From NCBI GenBank assembly GCA_951406725.2, contig OX597823.1:87668001-87732000 (forward strand): 64,000 nt of DNA, in the 5' to 3' direction. The stretch comes from Octopus vulgaris (taxonomy: Eukaryota). This document shows positions 54,596 through 64,000 of this stretch, piece by piece. Under the pieces are notes generated by a model. The model worked only from the letters and a program-made list of their open reading frames with translations, made no database searches and was not told the origin of the DNA. Each line of letters opens with the position of its first letter. Within the stretch, counting starts at the first letter, position 1. The translations under genes were made by a program, and so were the position numbers.

Positions 54596-55816
54596 AGGAA
54601 ACTATGAAGAATGCATGCGCCAGGTTCCGGAGCTGTATTGAGGTCGTGATGGAGGCTATGGCAACTACTTTGAGTAAACTGTTACCTTCCAGTCATAATC
54701 TAGCTTTGAAGTGGACTTCTTAATTTCGGAGCCATTCAGCCGTTCACAAAAGATTCAACTTTGTCTACTTTCTAAACAACTCGAAGCAGCTGTGATATTT
54801 AACGTTTACTTGAGCGTTTGTGAGTTTGTAAGGAATGGGATACAGTAGTGTGCATGATGAAAGACACATATGTCAAAAGTGTGTGAGCAATAGACCTCTC
54901 TAGTAATTAAGAGTGCTCAGTGGTTTAATTCTTTAATATTTTTCCTTTGGATCACAAAGTTTCACTTTGTGTTGCAGTGTAGAATCTCCAGCTTACACTT
55001 TTCTTGCGAAAGAAATCAAATATAAAGTGGAGATTTTAATAGGTTTAGGAGAAATTTAAAGTTGTGCAAACTCGTATTGTGAAGAACATTAAATGCACTA
55101 AAACCGTTTAATTGTGACAACACAATTTATTCTACGTGGCTTTTGACCTGTAATTAGAAACTGTGTAACGCCATCAATTCTGCAAACGTTACATGCGATG
55201 ATTTACTAATAACATGAAATTAAGTATAATAACCTCACACACAGAATCTTTCTCCTTATTCTCTGTGACTCTCCTCCGTTCCCTCGCTCTCTCTCTCCCT
55301 CTCTTTAGTTGACTATGTGTATGTTCCACTCTTAATTGTCGCTTTTGTTTATAGAACACGGAAGGAAATAATGTTAACTAACTCATTACGTAGAATGCAT
55401 TGATTAACATGTCTTCAACGAAATACACCGAAGTCCAGTAATCTAAAACAGATAATCGAGGTAAATTATTAATGTATTGCTGCCAGTTTGACAACGTTGC
55501 TGAAAATGACATGAAAACTCTCGATGGCACCTGTTTTATGTCTTTAACTAAAATCTAGTATAAAAATGTGTGAATGAGAACATTACTGATGAAATGATTA
55601 TGCAAATGATGGTGCCTAATTAATATTTCGTCGTTGACTCGTTGATGGAAATCGTAGCAACGAGAAGGAGTTTAGTTTTCGATTCCAAAGCTTGATATTT
55701 TGAGTTTCTTCTCTTCAACAGCAACTGCGAGAAGACAAACAACTTGTCAGTATTGCTCAGGGCTATGTATTTATGCGTTTGTATACATGTAACCATATAT
55801 GTAAATAAATATATAT

Positions 55817-57274
55817 ATGTAAGGTCATGGAACGAATAGTCAGAAGGAAGCTGATCACCTTCCTTGAAGAGAATGACTTGCTGCCCGACACCCAACATGG
55901 TTTCCGACCAGGGAGAAGCTGTTTAACGCAGCTCCTACCAACACTATGACTGGGTCCTGAAACGGCTGCTCAACCACTCAAATATGGAAGTGATATATCT
56001 CGACTTTGCAAAGGCCTTTGATAAAGTCGATCATGGAATGATATGTCACAAACTGCGTGATCTCAACATAGTTGGAAAACTGGGAGAATAGCTTCATGAC
56101 TTTCTGAAAGATAGAAGTCAGGTGGTAGTAGCCAATGGGGCCACTTCCATTAACACGCAAATAGTGAGCGGGGTTCCGCAGGGCACTGTTCTGGGACCAC
56201 TACTGTTCATAATGGCCCTCTCAGACATGCCCTCAGACATGCCCTCAGCCACGCAGAGAGCCACGATCACAAGTTATGCAGATGATACAAAAGTTTCACA
56301 GGCAATACAGAACCCTGAGGACACTAAACACCTGCAATGTGAGCTGGACAAAATATACAAGTGGGCCGAAAAGAATAGCATGCAGTTCAATGCTGAAAAG
56401 TTTCAAGCTCTATACTATCAGCATGCAAAACTAAATGCAATACCCAATGAATACACTGGACCCGGAGGAATAGCAATCCCAGAGGCACAATCAGTGCGTG
56501 ACCTAGGTATTTACATGAGTGATGACGCGACCTTTCGTGTACATCTTGCTAAATTGGCAATGAAATGTAGACGACTGGCCGGATGGATCCTCAGAACCTT
56601 TAGAACAAGAGAACAAGAAACCATGATGGTCCTCTGGAGGACACTTGTCCGAAGCCACTTTGACTACTGCTCTCAGTTATGGTCACCATCCAGTGTCAAG
56701 TTGATCACAGAGCTCGAGGCGATCCAACGTAGCTACACGAAGAAGATAGCCTCTATGCAGAATGTAAGCTACTGGGAAAGACTCAAGAGATTAAAACTAT
56801 ATTCCCTGGAGCGTAGGCGGGAAAGATATGCCATAATATACATCTGGAAGATCCTGGAGGGACGTGTCCTGAACTTTGGCATCGAGAGTTACGCAAATGC
56901 CAGAACTGGGCGCCACTGCGTGGTGCCTAGGACTCCAAACTTGCCATCAAGATGTAGGACAAGATTCTGTGATAGCCTGGGCTTCCGAGGCCCACAGCTC
57001 TTCAATATCCTCCCGAAGAACCTGAGAGACCTGCATGGGTGGATGCAGATGTCTTTAAAATGAAGCTGGATCTCTTCCTGTCAGGTGTCCCAGATGAACC
57101 AACTTCACGGCAGGAGGGGCAGATGAGGGCAGCTGCATCGAACTCTCTCATGCACCAAATGGCAGTTGCTAGAAAGCTTTCGTGAAGTGAAACCAAGTAG
57201 CAACACCAAATGGCGGGGCCCCAGCATGACCAGAGCTCATAAGCTGAAACTAGAATCAATCAATCAATCAATCA
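55817..57274 (+). mobile_element. CR1/Jockey-group LINE, 5'-truncated (RT C-terminal half and 3' UTR)
   Basis: QHGFRPGRSCLTQL, YLDFAKAFDKVDH, SGVPQGTVLGPLLF, YADDTK, LYSLERRRER; (ATCA)n tail; stop and frameshift lesions. Confidence 0.92.
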
Positions 57275-57365
57275 TAAATATATATATTCAAAATGTGACC
57301 TCGTGTGTACCGATGGCAATTTTTTTCCCTCTGTCTTCCCTTATCTGGATCTTTCCTTCTCCTAT

Positions 57366-57400
57366 GTTTCCGACGAAGAGCTCCGCTCGAAACGTTAAAC
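57366..57400 (+). ncRNA. minimal hammerhead-like motif (CCGACGA core variant) in a pseudo-LTR-like fragment 57291-57479
   Basis: GTTT-CCGACGA-A-GAGC tcc GCTC-GAAA-CGTT-AAAC; stems I and II perfect, palindromic stem III. Confidence 0.65.
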
Positions 57401-57474
57401 CCTCCTTCTTCCCTTTTTACCTGAGCGTCCACGTCCTCGCGTTGTGTTTTTTTTGTGTTTTCTCGTTCGGATTA

Positions 57475-57533
<59 letters not shown>

Positions 57534-58175
57534 GCACACACACACAGATACAAAGATATACATGCACACACACACGTGCACTCACACATATATATACTTA
57601 CATATACGAGTGAGGCGGAGATGTAGTGTTCTCGCATCTTAATTAAAACTATACATATATATATATAACTAAAGGCGGTGCCCCGGCATGGCCACAGTCA
57701 AATGACTGAAACAAGTAAAAGAATAAAAGAATAAAAGAATAAAAGATGAAGGCTGGTGGGTATATCAGCCGAAAAGTTGTGTTAACAATAAACAAGATGA
57801 GGACAAATATCCGTCAAATGCAAATAATGTAAAAGAATATATATAAATATATATATATGAATGTGTATGAGTGTATGATGTTATATAAATTGAAGTAATG
57901 TAATTTGTATAAAATCATATGCCCTGCCTTGTTTCTACACGTAATCTCTTTGCAATTATTTCTCTATAAAATTCTGCTCTGATTACATTACTCTCTGGTC
58001 TCTAGCAAATTGTGGTCATCCTTTCTGTTGTAATTCTTGCAGTCGACCTTCTTTATTTAAAGTCTTGTACCGGAGAAGATAAATACATATTAACATACGA
58101 AACGAAGAAGTTTTATTTTCCTTCTTCAGAGTAGAAATGGAAACGAAAGAGAAATATTTCGAAGGAAATAAAATT

Positions 58176-58214
<39 letters not shown>

Positions 58215-58713
58215 TATACATACAGATGTATGCATATAGCCATATCGATGTATGTGTCAATATTCATCTATAAGTATACATACATATGTACATTTATACG
58301 TTCCTCTATATGTGTAGTGTAACATTTCTGTATATGTGCGTGTATGTTAGTATAAGTGGCAAGATAGAAACGGTTTTGATATTTATCTTAAAGACAGCAC
58401 TTTATATAACATATCTATAACTACATCTCTCTCGTTTCTTAGCCAATAGCTATATACGTGATTATCTTCTGTGTGATGTCGTAACAGAGAATAAAATATA
58501 ACAGCCGTAACCACAATATTTAGAAGACAGAAAATATTTTTACACGCTTCATCCTGACTTACTGATTTCTATATCAGATCTCTTGAATATGTATGAACCT
58601 CTATCTGCGTACACGTGTGTTTCTGTAATGGGAGAATGAATGCAAACATGTATATATATATATACATAGATACATAGATACATACATATATATATCGATA
58701 GATATAGATTTAG

Positions 58714-58768
<55 letters not shown>

Positions 58769-59291
58769 TATATACACACACATATTTATATATACATATA
58801 CATATATATGTATATGTATATGTGCATATAGGCACACACACATACACATATATTGTATGTATGTATGTATGTATGTATGTATGTATGTATGTATGTATGT
58901 ATGTATGTATGTATGTATGTATGCATATAAGAATGTATAAATAGATTCATTCAATTTGACAAGGAGTAGTTGACATAGACTTCGAAGGTTCGGCTAGCTC
59001 ATTCTCTTCCGATTACGCTTTACATTGGTTCTTTACCGTTTTCTATATTATTTCGCAAGTTCCTTCTTCCAAAAATGGCGTCCTATGAATGACATTTAAT
59101 TGCGGTGCAGGAAATGAGGATATGGATTTGTGTAACAAGTAGGAACAGAGGAAGATCAAAAGGAAGTATATGATCGTTTGGTGCAGGGTGGTATAAAGTT
59201 ATTGGGGAGAGATTTATTTCGGTTATTTAATGTTTTCTTCATTTCAAGTGAGGTGTAGAAGTGAACAGGCGTCCCAGGTTCAGGTCACAAC

Positions 59292-59674
59292 TCTTTTACT
59301 TGTTTCGGTGATTTGACTGTGGCCATGCTGGAGCACCGCCTTTAGTCGATTTGAGCAAATCGACCCCAGTACTTATTCTATCGGTATCTTTTGTTACGGG
59401 GACGTAAACATACGAACATCGATTGTCAAGCGATGTTGGTAGGGGGAAACACAGGCAAACAAACATATATACACACATACATATACATATATATATATAT
59501 ACATATATACGACAGACTTCTTTCAGTTTCCGTCTACCAAATCCACTCACAAGGCTTTGGTCGGCACGAGGCTATAGTTGAAGACACTAGCCCAAGGTGC
59601 CACGCAGTGGGAATGAACCCGGAACTATGTTGTTGGTTGGTAAGCAAGCTACTTACCGCGCAGCCACTCCTACG

Positions 59675-59677
<3 letters not shown>
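59292..59677 (-). mobile_element. family B SINE
   Basis: reverse complement of the family B consensus. Confidence 0.88.
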
Positions 59678-59737
<60 letters not shown>

Positions 59738-60731
59738 TGTATAAAGAATCGCGGGTACATCTAAAAGAACGCGAAATAATTGCAAGGTAAATCACAAATA
59801 TGTTAAATATATATATATATATATATATACGTACACCTATACATTTACTTTTATATATACGCGCACAAAAAAGTCATACACACTTATATTTGTATATATT
59901 GGAGTGGAAACTGACAGAAAATCACTCTCTACATTAAATGGATTTTATGTTGTGTAGAAAAAAGATCAATGAATTCTCATTAATTTCCATCATCTTTTTG
60001 CACGCTCTCACACATATTCAAGTACTTCCGACAATAATCTTGAAAAGGTTGGATGCTCCTCTCTGCCGCAATATCAATAATGATCGAACAAAACTAATAT
60101 GAATAGCATTTCAACTATAACAATTTTGAGTTGTTTTGACATATTGGATCATATGGATCAAGGATTCTGTATCTATATGTTCCAATATGACCGTTTTGTA
60201 TAGCGTCCTTTAATCTTCCACTGTCTATGCACAGTGTCTCTGCTATTGCCCGAACACATTTCTAAAGTCTTTGTTTAATGTTGTTCTATATATTTCATGT
60301 ATAGCTTCATCGATTCACTGCGGTTAAAAAAGAAAAGATTGTTGTTGCTGCTCTTGTTGTTGATGATGATGCTATTGCTGATTAATTTCATTTTATGTTT
60401 TGCTCCCGTTCGTAGATTTTGAGTTAAAATATTCTAAATGATATTTATGTCAGAAACTTGATTTTAATTTACTTGTTGTTGTCGTATAAATTTTTATTTA
60501 CACGATAAACTGATTTTATCTTGATCAATTTTCAATAAAACGGAATATAACATTTCAATTGACATTGGTACTTCTGTTTTCGTGAGATTTCATTTGCGAT
60601 ATGGTCCAATCGAAGCACCGCCTATAAAGCTGAGCAAAAAATGTCAGTTCTGCGAACTTGAAGCTCGATAACGCAAACAAACATGCATTAGGTTTTAGAT
60701 TTTACATTTTCAAAGAAAAATAAAAACAAAA

Positions 60732-61117
60732 AGGCGCAGGAGTGGCTGTGTGGTAAGGAGCTTGCTTCCCAACCACATGATTCCGGGTTCAGTCCCACCG
60801 CGTGGGAAAGTGTCTTCTATATTAGCAACGGGTCGACCAAAGATTTGGTAGACAGAAACTGGAAGAAGCCCGTTGTATGTATATACATATATGTATGTAT
60901 GTTTGCGTGTCTGTGTTTGTCCCCTCACCATCGCTTGACAACCGATGTTAGTGGGTTTACATCTCTATAAGGCATCGGTCCCCAAAAAGCAGCGATAGAA
61001 TTAGTACAAGGATTTCAAAGAACAAGTCCAGGTTCGATATGTTTGACTAAAGGCGGTGATCCAGCATGACCACAGTCAACTGATTAAAATAAGTAAATAG
61101 AAGAATAAAAGAATAAA
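60732..61117 (+). mobile_element. family B SINE
   Basis: AGGCGCAGGAGTGGCTGTGTGGTAAG head and (GAATAAAA)n tail. Confidence 0.88.
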
Positions 61118-61478
61118 GTTTCGCACTTCTGACACCTTGATTGACGACGACCCCGACCACGACTACGACACATTCAATAATGAAGATGCTGGAACACAGA
61201 CGCAAATTCCGAATCTCGTTTCTTTTATATTACCTTTTAATTTCATCCCACCAGGAACATCTTTGCATTTGCACCAACTGCAATTACTACGAGCAATTAT
61301 TTACTATGGAAAGATTGCCAGGTATGGGTAACCTCCCTTTTATAGGACTATCTGCAATTGAAATTTTCCATGACAGCTTCTATCCTGAGAAGTGTAGAAT
61401 AGTGAGATCACTGAAATCTTACTGATATTCCTAATATTCTACTGATCATTGCTGATAGACTATTTCATTTGCTTATGG

Positions 61479-62348
<870 letters not shown>

Positions 62349-62808
62349 AACGAGATAATATCCCAATGGCCTATGAAGAAATATCATTAAATTATATATT
62401 CGCTATCTATATCTCAGATATCTTCAGTAAAAGTTGTTTCATTCACACAAAACAAACTTCTGCAAAACAGAAATTAGATTTAAAAAAGAGATATCTCTTT
62501 GTATAAGGAACATCCAACAGTACAATAGAACAAATTACTCTATTTTATATATGAAGAAATAGCCTCACAGTATAGCGTGTCATTACCATCTTTCTTTCCG
62601 ATCAATGTATCAAACCACCAAAATATTATGTGCTACTGTTTTCACCCCTTTTGTTTGGTAGATAGAATGACAGTTTGCAGGAGTGTCTGATCTGGTATCT
62701 CTGAGACATGCGATATGAAGGGTTCCATATATTATTTATGAAAAGGTTACTTATTACATTCATTTTTACAAAACACAAGATTTTAGTCACCATATAGTAT
62801 TATTATTA

Positions 62809-62867
<59 letters not shown>

Positions 62868-63480
62868 GAAGACGTCGCACAGAATCCAGTATTGTGATGT
62901 AGTAGATTGAAGACATTGTTTTTTACCGGGCTTTGTGCTGTCTGTCAAGTCACAGCAAGGACCTCAGGCAGACTGTACTTTACGCAATAAGTGTGCAGTT
63001 CTAAGTAATGCCGATTTTTTAATGCCCCTAGATTGTAGGGTATTTCTAAAGTACTCAAATGTTTCACCAAGTTGGGTGATAGTCAACTCAATGCACCGAT
63101 GAAAACAGGAACAACTTTTGTTTAACTCTCACAGCTGCCTTCTTAAACATCTAAATTCTCAGGTTTCCATATTTGTCGACCGTTTGTCTTTCATGATAAT
63201 ATGTTGATCTCCTGGCACTGCCACGTCGATTATTAGGCACTCTTGTTTATCCCACCTAAACTTACAATACCCGGCCTTCGGTGCTCTGAGACGATGTTTG
63301 CCTGGAAGTCAAACTCTCAGTGGGTCCTTTCTGACCCCTTTGTCGTCCATTATCTTTTCCAGTGTATGCTGGTACCAAGCCTTCCAGCATAGTAGCCAAT
63401 GGCGGTTTTAGGTTATGTTTTCGTGTCTACTCTTGCACTCATTCTCCGCAAGACTTTCACAGAGGGAGTACACATATAGA
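62868..63480 (-). mobile_element. decayed Dong/R4-clade LINE 3' end
   Basis: CESLAENECKSRH...HRRP...CLIIDVAVPGD...VDKY.NL...VVPVFIGAL; (TAT)n on both sides. Confidence 0.85.
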
Positions 63481-63509
63481 TATTATTATTTTTGTTGTTA
63501 TTATTATTA

Positions 63510-63990
63510 AATGAGAGAGCAGCACACACCATCTAAATGAGGCTGGGGAATAAATACGTTAAATCTAATATATATTTCTTTATTGCCCACTGCAGGTTAA
63601 AAACAGAGGGAGGAAAGGGACAGACAAAGGGATTAAGTAGATTACATCGACCCCAGTGCGTAACTGGTACTTATTTTAATCGATCCAAAAGGATGAAAGG
63701 CAAAGTAGACCTCGGCGGAATTTGAACTCAGACGAAATACTGCTAAGCATTTCACCCGGCGTGCTAACGATTCTGCCAGCCTAATATATCCATTATGACT
63801 ACCTCGAATATTACAATATAGGTGACACGGTGACCTTATATCAAATCAAGCAGCGAGGACTCCACAGGAACTAATTGGACCCCCACCTTGCAGGTGGCTC
63901 CAGTTAGAATTTTCTTCAGGCTGAGCAGCCCTCGCGCTCAAGTTGTTCTTGTGTATAAATATTTTCCAGATGTTTAAATATGATGAATGA
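63510..63990 (-). mobile_element. (TAA)n-associated non-coding element with a nested family C SINE (about 63572-63781)
   Basis: ATGAGAGAGCAG terminus shared with 20443; CTAATATAT repeat flanks the SINE. Confidence 0.7.
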
Positions 63991-64000
63991 AACACCGATG

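Larger units (their letters stand above)
53452..54680 (+). mobile_element. Tc1/mariner-superfamily transposon remnant
   Basis: TA|CAGGCTGTTC putative left end; transposase C-terminus SDC..MDYDVWRAV...L.AKIKEVF..LP..TMKNACARF...IE.V, split by a SINE; right TIR not found. Confidence 0.7.

Overview
AT-rich, repeat-saturated animal genomic DNA; it reads as intergenic or intronic, and the SINE and microsatellite repertoire suggests an octopod cephalopod (inference). No host protein-coding gene can be called confidently, and most ORFs in the track are microsatellite artefacts. The main feature is a near-intact Penelope-like retroelement on the minus strand (about 29503-33924): an RT plus C-terminal GIY-YIG ORF of Neptune type with a single internal TAG, ~512-bp inverted pseudo-LTRs each carrying a variant hammerhead ribozyme, and a nested non-autonomous Helitron. 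Its RT frame has no usable ATG. It overlaps an upstream Pro/His/Tyr/Asn-rich ORF exactly at a correctly phased U_UUU_UUA heptamer, suggesting gag-pol-like -1 ribosomal frameshifting (or a splice acceptor). Four more hammerhead-like motifs sit in short fragments next to (AT)n tracts. Also present: four Dong/R4-type LINE fragments and a non-coding element at (TAA)n tracts, two CR1-group LINE 3' ends, an RTE remnant, a Tc1/mariner remnant with an internal 44-bp minisatellite, a mariner MITE, and dozens of tRNA-derived SINEs, including TSD-flanked dimers and trimers.
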